Positions 49,075 to 58,110 of a DNA stretch of 64,000 nt are shown in pieces. The stretch's first letter is position 1. The number at the start of each line of letters is the position of its first letter. The DNA is from a virus. Lineage: Duplodnaviria > Caudoviricetes. Below the pieces are notes generated by a model, which saw only the letters and a program-made list of their open reading frames with translations, was not told where the DNA came from and did no database searches. Location: positions 6,086 to 70,085 of IMG/VR virus record IMGVR_UViG_3300028832_000134; one strand, written 5' to 3'. A program made the translations under genes and the position numbers.

Positions 49075-50135
49075 GTTGGCATACTACCGATGATCAATCG
49101 GCTGTCTCCCCTGGGGTATGCCAGCTTCCAGCGGACGCTGTTTTAATACGCGCACGCCTTTGCGTAAGCTTCCATCAAGCTCTAAGAGTTGTTTTTGATC
49201 ACAGGCCGAACCAATCCTGATTTAATTTGATGAAACAATGACGGCCCCTTTACGAACAATCTCTCCGGTTACATTACGCCTGACGCTCAAGTAAGAGTTG
49301 GTCATCGTAGCCTCTGCTCAATTCATGTCCGCTATCCTACTGGGGACGCATCCCCAACCCTCACCGGATTGATTGTCGGAAAGGGGCCGATCACAGCTTG
49401 TGTCATTTTCGATCCATTCGCTCTTGCAGCTCGCTCACAGATCTCCATCTCTGCTGAGGTCTACTTCTGGCACAAGATACTTTATTCTGCACTCTCGTAG
49501 TAAATGTTGCAATGGAGAATTTCCCGGGGTTGTTAGGTACCCGTACAACAATAACCTGCACGCCCCCACTATACTATGTACCATCACACAGGCAGTATAG
49601 TGTCGCTTCCGTCAGATATATCTTTTCACTGACGGTGACGTACTTTTCGTGTGGCGCCTTTTCCCACTTGGCGCCTGGGTCGCATCTCTCGTCAAAGTCT
49701 GCTCAACATGTTACCATGCTTCTTGCCTTCGTCCTTGTTGACAATTTGACAACAAGACGGGCGACCCCCTGAGGCCCAATAATGTTGCCGGATCTACGGC
49801 TCTAACAAGGAATGTGCATGCTCCAACAGATAGTGCTATTCGTATCACTCAGAGCTACACGTTATTACTCCTCGCATCCTTGCTAGATCACATGGGGCCG
49901 CTCTTCTGCGTCACTATCGGCGCGTGCGGCCAGGCTCCGACAGCTGAAATGATCTGCTGCCGGGGCAACTCCCTCCCGATTTCAGTTGCAGCTACGGGTT
50001 ATAATACTGCAACCTAGTGGGGCAACCGGACTTCAGGAGAGCGTCAGCACCACTTGACCTATGTGTTAACTCCCTACACGACTACTTACTTGCCTGGTCG
50101 TCGTCGTATCCGGCCGGCAGTGTGCGTCAATTAGA
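49075..50135 (-). ncRNA. Large structured ncRNA candidate (GOLLD/ROOL-like)
   Basis: About 1.06 kb with no credible ORF between two tRNAs, many nested helices. Confidence 0.5.
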
Positions 50136-50138
50136 CGC

Positions 50139-50222
50139 TGGTGCGGATGACAGGACTCGAACCTGCATGGTCTATCCACTGGAACCTAAATCCAGCGTGT
50201 CTGCCAGTTCCACCACATCCGC
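50139..50222 (-). tRNA. tRNA-Leu(UAG)
   Basis: Cloverleaf with variable arm, CCA. Confidence 0.95.
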
Positions 50223-50225
50223 AAG

Positions 50226-50510
50226 TTAATCAGGAAGATTAGTTTCGCCTACATTGAAGTAGTGAACGGTCTGCGTAACCGTGTACAGATCTCTGCTGGT
50301 CATCGTGTGAGATGCCAGAATGAAATTGTAGGCTTCGCTGTCGATCTCGCAATCCACGGTGCTGAGTACGTCACACCGGAAAGGCTTAACTCCTTCCTCA
50401 TGGTTGAGCATCACCTCGTACCCCGGACGGATGCTGCCAAATGCCGGTGCAGTGGCAATCACGAGAGTACCGTGATCTCTCCTCTTGCAAAGAACCAACT
50501 TGATGTACAT
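50226..50510 (-). CDS. Hypothetical protein
   Basis: Start MYIKLV after GGAGGT and a promoter motif. Confidence 0.6.
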   Translation of the reverse strand: MYIKLVLCKRRDHGTLVIATAPAFGSIRPGYEVMLNHEEGVKPFRCDVLSTVDCEIDSEAYNFILASHTMTSRDLYTVTQTVHYFNVGETNLPD

Positions 50511-50584
50511 ATCAGTACCTCCTTGAATTTTATTGATGTGTTGGCTGCTTACAACTACTATAACGATCGAGAAAATTTGAAGAA

Positions 50585-50660
50585 TGGAGCTGCTGGACGG
50601 ACTCGAACCGACGGCCTGCGAATTACAAATTCGCTGCTCTACCAACTGAGCTACAACAGC
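50585..50660 (-). tRNA. tRNA-Thr(UGU)
   Basis: Full cloverleaf, CCA. Confidence 0.95.
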
Positions 50661-51041
50661 ATCTCCTGCCGAATAGTTTAATGTGATGACAGATATTCCC
50701 TACATTATTTTCTGCCTGTCCCAAATGACGCATTCAGATAACAGCCACTTTGTGATAATATTATTTCGTATTATCTCGTTTTTGTTAGCCAGGACAACTT
50801 GTTACACCTGTCGTTGAATATAACGATCAGGGGACAAGTATCACATTATTTTGATAGTGTCCCGTAGTCGACGCCTTAGTCCGACCATCCATAGGTTCTT
50901 CGGCGATCCAACGATCTTTCCTATGCGCACGCAGGCGAATTTTCGTGCGTCCGGGACGTTTTAGTTACCCCTTAGATTGTGTAGCAATACTCTAAGCATG
51001 AGGATTTTCTGATGTGTGGCATGATCTCAAAGCTACGCCCC

Positions 51042-51118
51042 TGGCGACTCTGACGGGAATCGAACCCGTGACCTCTGGCGTGACAGGCCAGCGCTCTAAC
51101 CATCTGAGCTACAAAGCC
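51042..51118 (-). tRNA. tRNA-Asp(GUC)
   Basis: Full cloverleaf, CCA. Confidence 0.95.
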
Positions 51119-51594
51119 ATGTAGATGCCTTATTCATCATGACTTAGTTGACCTTTCCCGGCATGGGTGACCGGTTCTCGGTCCAGTGTACCGTGCTGCC
51201 ATTTTTGTCGAATACACCAGATCGGCAGATCCTTCAGCAGAGCTAATCTCACTGGCCCACCAAGTAGCAATGCATTTCATTCTCTCTGAAGGCAGGCACC
51301 CCTCAGATCATCGGGAGCTACCCGATTCTCGTCTCTCCGAAGCGTCACGGTGCTAAGTTCCCTGCTGCTTGAGTGTCACACCGTTTGTACCCACTGTAAC
51401 CCGTGCAGGCTTGAGGCACATCTTAGCTGGAGTGCATCGATATATGCATCCTTCCCTTGTATCAGCTGAATACAAGTCTCCATAGGACTACTGGTAAGTG
51501 TAAGATCTCCTGGTACAGCGATATCCTCCAGATCTTGTCGAACTATTTCAACACTGGATGCCAGGACTGTTTGGGGATCGTTTATCTTACACTT

Positions 51595-51668
51595 TGGCTG
51601 GGGATACTAGAATCGAACTAGTTCAAACGAGGTCAAAGCTCGTTGCGCTGCCAATACGCTAATCCCCA
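51595..51668 (-). tRNA. tRNA-Gln(UUG), divergent
   Basis: U1 start, ACGAG-CTTTGAC-CTCGT arm, CCA; 5' end overlaps the endonuclease stop codon. Confidence 0.9.
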
Positions 51669-52282
51669 GTATCTTTAGTTAAGTATGCATCAATTTGTTT
51701 CTGATATCGAATGAACCACTCTAACGATCTATTGCAGCATACACATAACATCCCTCGAAACTTATTAGTAGAATGATCATGATCAACTGACAGCCCCATT
51801 TTTCGTTTATTTCCATTTACTGTTTGATAATGGCTAAAATCGCGTCCGCATATTTCACACACAGGATGTGCTTGTTTGTATTCATCTAGCTGTTTATAGT
51901 TAATATCTAGTTTGATAAGTTCTGTACCGTTGTATGCTGAAACAAATTTATTAGATATTTTTTGATTACTACGGAGATGCATGCTAAAATGATTACTCAA
52001 TCCAATATAATTTTTGAACGATTTTCCACATTCCGGACACCTAAGTGGATCATCTGCATCCCAAACAAATTCTGGCAACTTATCTAATCTTTGTTTACAA
52101 CCTAAATTAAACTTATCTTTATCTTTGTGCTTACCTTTTAGTGTATCCGACACTCTCTTGTTTACTTCACTTCTGTGCATCCGCGAAGCATATTGGCGAC
52201 TACAATGTGGTGAACAAAATCTGCCTGATCCATATTTCCCATCATGCGTTACACCGCAATTCTCACAGATATAAGTTGACAT
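51659..52282 (-). CDS. Endonuclease VII-type HNH nuclease with zinc fingers (homing endonuclease-like)
   Basis: CENCG..FCSPHC, C2H2 finger CPECGKSF..LSNHFSMH, CEICG..VDHDH..RGMLCVCCN. Confidence 0.8.
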   Translation of the reverse strand: MSTYICENCGVTHDGKYGSGRFCSPHCSRQYASRMHRSEVNKRVSDTLKGKHKDKDKFNLGCKQRLDKLPEFVWDADDPLRCPECGKSFKNYIGLSNHFSMHLRSNQKISNKFVSAYNGTELIKLDINYKQLDEYKQAHPVCEICGRDFSHYQTVNGNKRKMGLSVDHDHSTNKFRGMLCVCCNRSLEWFIRYQKQIDAYLTKDTGD

Positions 52283-52323
52283 TTTGAACCTCCAATTTTA
52301 TGATGTTACAATAAAATTAAAGG

Positions 52324-52361
52324 TTCAAAGTCCGATGTGATTACCATTTCACCACATCCCA
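52324..52361 (-). pseudogene. 5' half of tRNA-Gln(UUG), truncated after the anticodon loop
   Basis: TGGGATG TG GTGA-AATGGTAA-TCAC A TCGGA CTTTGAA, then unrelated sequence. Confidence 0.8.
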
Positions 52362-52551
52362 TTATGTAACACAATCAAGCAGCGGATGTGCTGTTGTCCT
52401 AACCTTATCTGCATGATTGTGTGCGAGTGATCGGAGTGGAAGATGTGACTGGTGACATCTTCCGGCACAGCACATTACAGGAGCACCCTTGCCTGTCCCT
52501 CATGTCTGTCTGGACTGAGGTACTATGAACAATTCCGCACAGCGCGCGGCC

Positions 52552-52627
52552 TGGTGGGCCCAGCAGGACTCGAACCTGCGATCAACCAGTTATGAGCTGG
52601 CAGCTCTGCCAACTGAACTATAGGCCC
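52552..52627 (-). tRNA. tRNA(CAU), probably Ile2
   Basis: GGGCCTA acceptor, CTCATAA loop, CCA. Confidence 0.9.
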
Positions 52628-52776
52628 ATATAGGGCAGCCCATTGCTGACCCAAGGGCTGCATCACAGCTCGTGGCCGGCTTTTTGCGTAGGCTGGTTGG
52701 TCAGACTCCGCTTCCGGAGTTTCGCATCTTATGGTCTGTTTCGTAGAATGCCTTCTACACGGGCAGACTTCCCGAA

Positions 52777-52871
52777 TGGCTCACCCGGCAGGAATTGGAC
52801 CTGCATCTCCCTTGCGCATCAGGTGTTTTACCGAAGGACTTGTTGATCGCCTTACATTAAACTACAGGTGA
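52777..52871 (-). tRNA. Atypical tRNA-like RNA (expanded D-loop, poor anticodon stem)
   Basis: Acceptor TCACCTG/CGGGTGA+GCCA and T-arm intact. Confidence 0.5.
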
Positions 52872-52877
52872 ATATTG

Positions 52878-52953
52878 TGGTGGAATTGATGGGACTCGAA
52901 CCCACGACCTATTGCTTGCAAGGCAATTGCTCTCCCAACTGAGCTACAACCCC
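52878..52953 (-). tRNA. tRNA-Ala(UGC)
   Basis: G3:U70, CCA. Confidence 0.95.
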
Positions 52954-53082
52954 ATGTATGAATCAAGTAAATAGCTGTGACCATCCATTCAACTACAGCT
53001 TTGCACATATAGCGTGCTTTCCGGTGTGGTTAGTACCTTACTCCAAGATGTCTCCGGCACTTCGTAGCACTATTTACCTGAT

Positions 53083-53167
53083 TGGTGTTCAGCGTGGGAC
53101 TCGAACCCACATGCATTGCTGCATCGGTACTTGAAGCCGACATGTCTACCAATTCCATCAGCTGAAC
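53083..53167 (-). tRNA. tRNA-Leu(CAA)
   Basis: Cloverleaf with variable arm, CCA. Confidence 0.9.
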
Positions 53168-53171
53168 ATGT

Positions 53172-53260
53172 TGGCGGAGCAGGTAGGATTTGAACCCACG
53201 GCTCCTTGCGGAGTCACCGGTTTTCAAGACCGGCTCCATAAACCACTCGGACACTGCTCC
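53172..53260 (-). tRNA. tRNA-Ser(UGA)
   Basis: Long variable arm, CCA. Confidence 0.95.
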
Positions 53261-53373
53261 TTATATGTTCGGATACTAGGTCCATATGTGACACTAGAAA
53301 CGTTACAATCTTCGTGCCGGACCTAGTACCCTCCCCAGAATCTGTTGATTCTTTAGTGGACAATCATATTAGA

Positions 53374-53449
53374 TGGTCCAAGTGGAGGGACTCAAACCCC
53401 CGACATCCGGTCCCCAAGGCCGGCGTTCTATCAACTGAACTACACCTGG
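53374..53449 (-). tRNA. tRNA-Pro(UGG)
   Basis: Cloverleaf, CCA. Confidence 0.9.
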
Positions 53450-53652
53450 ATGTATTATCTGCATCATTTATCTAACAAGATAGCTGCTTGTCGTAGTTAG
53501 TATCTGACCTGTACTAGACTTTACTGCCGGCTGTCGCTGCAGACAACAGCTGCCACAGCATCTTGCGAGCTACTTCTTTTGGGCGGGACAAGTAGCAAGC
53601 CCTAGGCAACTAATGAACGACGAAGGATACTTCTTCATGATTCATACCTTTC

Positions 53653-53738
53653 TGGTGCCGCTAACCGGACTCGAACCGGCACGGAATAACTCCGGCGGAT
53701 TTTAAGTCCGCTACGTCTACCAATTCCATCACAGCGGC
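53653..53738 (-). tRNA. tRNA-Leu(UAA)
   Basis: Cloverleaf with variable arm, CCA. Confidence 0.95.
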
Positions 53739-53743
53739 GTTTA

Positions 53744-54183
53744 TGGTGGACCCGGCGAGAGTCGAACTCGCGTCCAAAATTCCTACATAAACACAATCTT
53801 CTTACGCAGTAGGAAACTCGTTTCTGGCATTCAGTAGGCTGCCAAGGACCTTACCATGACCTTTGTGCCTGTTAGGGCTGCCCAGTTATGGGTTCGCCTC
53901 CACCACCTTGTTTTTCCGACAACAAGGAACGTCATTCAGTACCGCCAGCATAAGTCTGTTATACCTGGCGACCTGCTAATTCTTTGACCTCAAGTGTTTA
54001 CCTAGCAGGAGGTACACTGTTTCGGATCCTGTAGTGCTTAAGCAGCAGCCTTCAGAGAGGAAGCAGCGAAAGCAGGATGGATAGCGATGATAGTAGTGTC
54101 AGTTAATTTGTTGTTGACCCTTAGGCGGTATCATACCTGCGAATTGTGTTTTCTCAGAACCCTGTCGAAACCTTTACGGGCCC
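53744..54183 (-). ncRNA. ssrA: tmRNA; tag (A)DTTIIAIHPAFAASSLKAAA*
   Basis: 5' GGGCCCGTAAAGGTTTCGAC, 3' GTTCGACTCTCGCCGGGTCCACCA with G3:U, resume context AAATTAACT|GAC, tag frame 54100-54038. Confidence 0.93.
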
Positions 54184-54691
54184 ATGTGGGGGTGTATCTG
54201 CACATATCTACTTAACTTCTGCCAGATACTGGGAGGGGAAGAACGCTGGATGCATCGCGTTATAGATACCTTGAGCCGGTTGAATCAAAATGTGAGTAAC
54301 CGCATTTATGTAACCTCACATGAAACAGCTATCAGCAAAGATGGCATCAACACCGAAGCTCCGCCGGAGGCGTGATCAGACTGTTTCTTTTGAACACTTG
54401 CTCTTGGTTACGACTTGTCAAAGGCTAGTAAAGAGAGCAACCAGATAGGAGCGAACGGTCCAGGTAGGTCAGCTCGGACTAGATATGGGGGCAAGTCGGG
54501 CAAGCGGTTGGAATGGAAAGCAACGAACCCTCTAGTTTAATGCACCTATTATGACAAGTATCACTACTTTGTCTCCCGGGATTTTCTGCTATTCAGTGCA
54601 TCCTGTGTCACTTGTGCTGGCGATCAACTCAGGTCCATGATAGGGAGGAGATCTAAGGTTCCGTTCATTTCGGGACTACGGATTCGTCACT

Positions 54692-54767
54692 TGGTGGGAA
54701 CAGCAGGACTCGAACCTGCGACCCCTTCCTTGTAAGGGAAGTGCTCTACCAGCTGAGCTATACTCCC
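54692..54767 (-). tRNA. tRNA-Val(UAC)
   Basis: Full cloverleaf, CCA. Confidence 0.95.
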
Positions 54768-54930
54768 GTGTATGGTTGGCGGTGGGGATCCCTTTGGATA
54801 TGGTTCCATACCCCTTCGGCACCGCCTGCGGAATGTGTACCGCACCAGCCTGCTTGGAAGGCAGGCGTCGAACCTGAGAAAACGGAAGGCCTTCCGTCTT
54901 CATCTACAATAACGATCGACAGATGACGAA

Positions 54931-55380
54931 CTACTTGCGCCGTCTACTGTCTTTCTTGCCCCTTCTCATCTTATCTTGATAAGCTCTGTTAGAGGCAGCG
55001 ATCATATCATCTAAGGTCGTCAATTCTTTGCGAACCTTAGGGTGATACATGTTCGTAGGTCTAGGATCTGCTTGTTTCATTTTCTCCGGTCGAATTGGAA
55101 TCTTTTCAACTGCTGCTACAAACTGTTCCGAATCTGAAAGACGGCGACGCAACTTGAGGTGCTTCAGGGACAGCTGTACTTTACCGTTGAATCCACAGAT
55201 GCATTCGGCCTCGTATTTATCACCTGGCCGAACATAATCAGCAGGAGATCGGACAAATTGATCTGAGATATTGGATAGATGAATTAACTGAGTACTGTTA
55301 TCTGATAGCTTTACTACAACACCTGCATTTACTATGTGAGAAACAATGACGGGATACTTATCACCTACAACAAGCTGCAT
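54931..55380 (-). CDS. S1 RNA-binding domain protein
   Basis: LVVGD..V..IVNAGVVV..LIHLSNISDQFV..YVRPGD..VQLSLK. Confidence 0.85.
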   Translation of the reverse strand: MQLVVGDKYPVIVSHIVNAGVVVKLSDNSTQLIHLSNISDQFVRSPADYVRPGDKYEAECICGFNGKVQLSLKHLKLRRRLSDSEQFVAAVEKIPIRPEKMKQADPRPTNMYHPKVRKELTTLDDMIAASNRAYQDKMRRGKKDSRRRK

Positions 55381-55448
55381 GACGGATCCTCCAAATGGTT
55401 TTGGTATTTACATAAAAGGTAGGATTCGTCATGCAGCACGCTGTTGTA

Positions 55449-57281
55449 TTAGATGCTGATAAGTGTCACATGATCATTGGCGCAGCCAACTACACCGGCG
55501 AGGATGTACTGAATCTCCGGATGCGATGCTAACATAGCGGTCAAGATATCGTGATTCTGATCATCCAGATGATCAAACAAGTCGTCAATCATCAGAACCT
55601 TGAGCGGAGATTTGGCACGATTGATGATAGCCATCATGAGAGCAGTAGACACTACGCACTTCTCACCACTTGAGAGCAGCGAGAACGGAACATAATCGTT
55701 GGTTTCGGTATTCTGCAATCCGAAACTGAAGGAATTGGCTTTCTCCGAGATGATGAACTTCGGAGTTCGCTTGTCGCCGAATATCGGAGAAGTGTAGTTA
55801 CACATATCTACTGCCAGGTGAGCGAACGGTCTAACAGAAAGAGCAGACTGAATGCCGTTCGGACCTGTAGCTGCAATCAACCGCTTCAGAACCTCGAGCT
55901 CAAGATCTACTTTGAACTTATCTTTGGTCATAGTATCTGCGAGCTTAGCATACTGCACATTTGCGGTGATGTGTCCGATCCGATGTTCCAGATCAGTGAT
56001 GATAGCATCGATCTCAGCAAGGTCAGTAGACCCTTCCGGAGCTACAGGTGCCTCAATCTGCATTGCGCTGATGTGAAGATAGTTGTCGTGATTCACACGA
56101 ATCTGAGACAAGTCCTGACCCAACTGCATCATCTGCTTGCGGAGACCCTCCAACTCCTTCTCCATATCAATAATGCGATTAGATACTCCTAAGTAATCTT
56201 CTTGGATCAATGCATGAGAAGTACGTGCATCATCTAGCAGACCTTTGATACTATCGCAGATTGATTTAGTAAAAGGACAAGTCCCATCGGTACTTTTGAG
56301 AAGAGCTTCTAGCGGAGCCATCTGGTCCCGATACTGATCACGACGACCACGAAGACGAATAATAGCATCGCTGAGATCGGTCATCTTCTGCTGCACTTGG
56401 AGGAGCGCGCTGTTTGCAGCAATGTAGTCCGGATTCTCCTCGAGCGGAAGTTGATCATTCATCGAGAACCTCTGGAGCTCGGCTTGAACACGATCATACT
56501 GGGCCTTTTTGTGGAGATAATCCGCAACATGATCTCTATGGGCCCTGACTTTCCTTCGCTCTTCCTTGACCGCCTCAAGTATGCCTTCGTCCGAACTCTC
56601 ATCATCGTAGCGGATCAGCGAATTGATAGTGCCGGAGACACGAGTCTGTTCAGTCAGCTTGAGCTGCCGAACTGACTTGAGGTAGTTGTTGAAATGCGCT
56701 AACGCTGCAGACACGCCGCCTGTCATTGCTCGATATTCATGCCACTGCTGCATGAGACTGATGACGAACTCAGCCTGAGGATCTAGATGCAAGTCGTTGA
56801 GAGACTCCATCAGTTTAAGTTCGACACCTTGGTCATCTTCGACCTCCGGCAGGAACTTGATGAACCAGTCCTTTTGCATGTTGGCCGTCATGCCCAGCAG
56901 CTCGTTGAAGTTGAATATCGGTAGCTCCAGATCATTGACGATAGCGTCAAGCGAAGTACCTTCGGGATCCACCATCACTTCACTAGTGTTCTTTCCGCCA
57001 TTGGAGAAGAACATACGCGTGATAGTGACGGACTTGTCGCCGTCAGCTAACTCGAGAATGATCTGCATTGTCTTGCCGCTCATGTGCTGAAACACAGAAC
57101 CTTTGGCCTTGCCTGTCATCGGAACGTAGCCCAGCAACGCTAGCTGAATCGCTTGCAGGACTGTGGACTTACCGCTGCCGTTTGGCCCGATCAGGTATGT
57201 GATGTTGTCGAATGTGTACTCCTTCTGGACAACATTGTGCATGCCTCGAATGGTGATTTTGCGAATCTTCATACATGACAC
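55449..57281 (-). CDS. SMC/SbcC (Rad50)-like ATPase
   Basis: GPNGSGKS, coiled coils with central CPFT hook-like site, LSSGEK, IDDLFDHLD. Confidence 0.88.
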   Translation of the reverse strand: MSCMKIRKITIRGMHNVVQKEYTFDNITYLIGPNGSGKSTVLQAIQLALLGYVPMTGKAKGSVFQHMSGKTMQIILELADGDKSVTITRMFFSNGGKNTSEVMVDPEGTSLDAIVNDLELPIFNFNELLGMTANMQKDWFIKFLPEVEDDQGVELKLMESLNDLHLDPQAEFVISLMQQWHEYRAMTGGVSAALAHFNNYLKSVRQLKLTEQTRVSGTINSLIRYDDESSDEGILEAVKEERRKVRAHRDHVADYLHKKAQYDRVQAELQRFSMNDQLPLEENPDYIAANSALLQVQQKMTDLSDAIIRLRGRRDQYRDQMAPLEALLKSTDGTCPFTKSICDSIKGLLDDARTSHALIQEDYLGVSNRIIDMEKELEGLRKQMMQLGQDLSQIRVNHDNYLHISAMQIEAPVAPEGSTDLAEIDAIITDLEHRIGHITANVQYAKLADTMTKDKFKVDLELEVLKRLIAATGPNGIQSALSVRPFAHLAVDMCNYTSPIFGDKRTPKFIISEKANSFSFGLQNTETNDYVPFSLLSSGEKCVVSTALMMAIINRAKSPLKVLMIDDLFDHLDDQNHDILTAMLASHPEIQYILAGVVGCANDHVTLISI

Positions 57282-57290
57282 TCCTTTCTT

Positions 57291-57761
57291 TTATGTGTTG
57301 GTTTCTTGCTGTTCCTCCGCTTTCAGCGTATCCTCCACATCGTTCTCTGTGAAGTATCCCATGTGCAGGAAGTTGCCGTTTTCTACATCATCAGGATTAG
57401 TTACAGTAACTGACCGGAAGAAGCCAAAAGTGGCCTTCAAACACACCTTAGTGATCCTGACAATCTCACCTTTAGTAACAGCCCGAAGATGTTTGTCAGG
57501 AAAGAGATAAATGCCACGAGTTTTCATGCCGTTGGTTGGGACCTGAATGAACGGACCGCGGTCCGTCTGTTCAATGATTGCGTAGAAGTTGCGATCAGAA
57601 ACATCGATCCACACATTGTGTTCCATTTCGTTTGCAGGGAAGTAATTCATCTCATCCATAAGTGATCCTCCATCATGTTTGGTTGTACATACTATAACGA
57701 TTCTATTAGCGAATACGAACCCATCGTCTAGATTTTTTGTCGATAGATGGCTGATATTCAT
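57291..57761 (-). CDS. Hypothetical protein (true start probably near 57657)
   Basis: GGAGG SD before MDEMN, after a promoter motif. Confidence 0.55.
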   Translation of the reverse strand: MNISHLSTKNLDDGFVFANRIVIVCTTKHDGGSLMDEMNYFPANEMEHNVWIDVSDRNFYAIIEQTDRGPFIQVPTNGMKTRGIYLFPDKHLRAVTKGEIVRITKVCLKATFGFFRSVTVTNPDDVENGNFLHMGYFTENDVEDTLKAEEQQETNT

Positions 57762-58110
57762 AAGTGCCCGGCACTAAGACATTCGGGTAGATATGTGTCA
57801 CGCCGAACTCATCTGTTCCGGCATATAGCTCGCTGTCTCGCTTAATTATGTGTTCTACGATGTTCAGCTTGCTTGCAGATTTTCTGGTGTGACGATCAGG
57901 ATAAACCATCACGGGAGGAATGAACACGACGGAACATCTGCCAATGATCACTTGATAAGTGAGCTGATGGCACTCCATTCTCCCTGATAGTCTTTTGGAG
58001 ATGCGAAGAAGAAAGTCTCGAGTATAATCAGATCGTCCTTCTTCAGCATCGTGAAGTACTTTGATTGTAGTCATGTTTCCTCCTTCATAACTTGTATCAA
58101 TATCCACCAT
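57706..58110 (-). CDS. Hypothetical protein
   Basis: Packed in operon. Confidence 0.55.
   Translation of the reverse strand: MVDIDTSYEGGNMTTIKVLHDAEEGRSDYTRDFLLRISKRLSGRMECHQLTYQVIIGRCSVVFIPPVMVYPDRHTRKSASKLNIVEHIIKRDSELYAGTDEFGVTHIYPNVLVPGTYEYQPSIDKKSRRWVRIR

Noticed and set aside
48846-50135. ORF-track ORFs overlapping tRNAs or the structured tract (48883, 49373, 49512, 49814, 50017; 5' extension of 48579-49097)
   Set aside because: No SD, atypical composition, overlap tRNA genes
53570-53638. 22-aa ORF MKKYPSSFISCLGLATCPAQKK with SD inside the tRNA cluster
   Set aside because: Too short and without a recognisable motif to call
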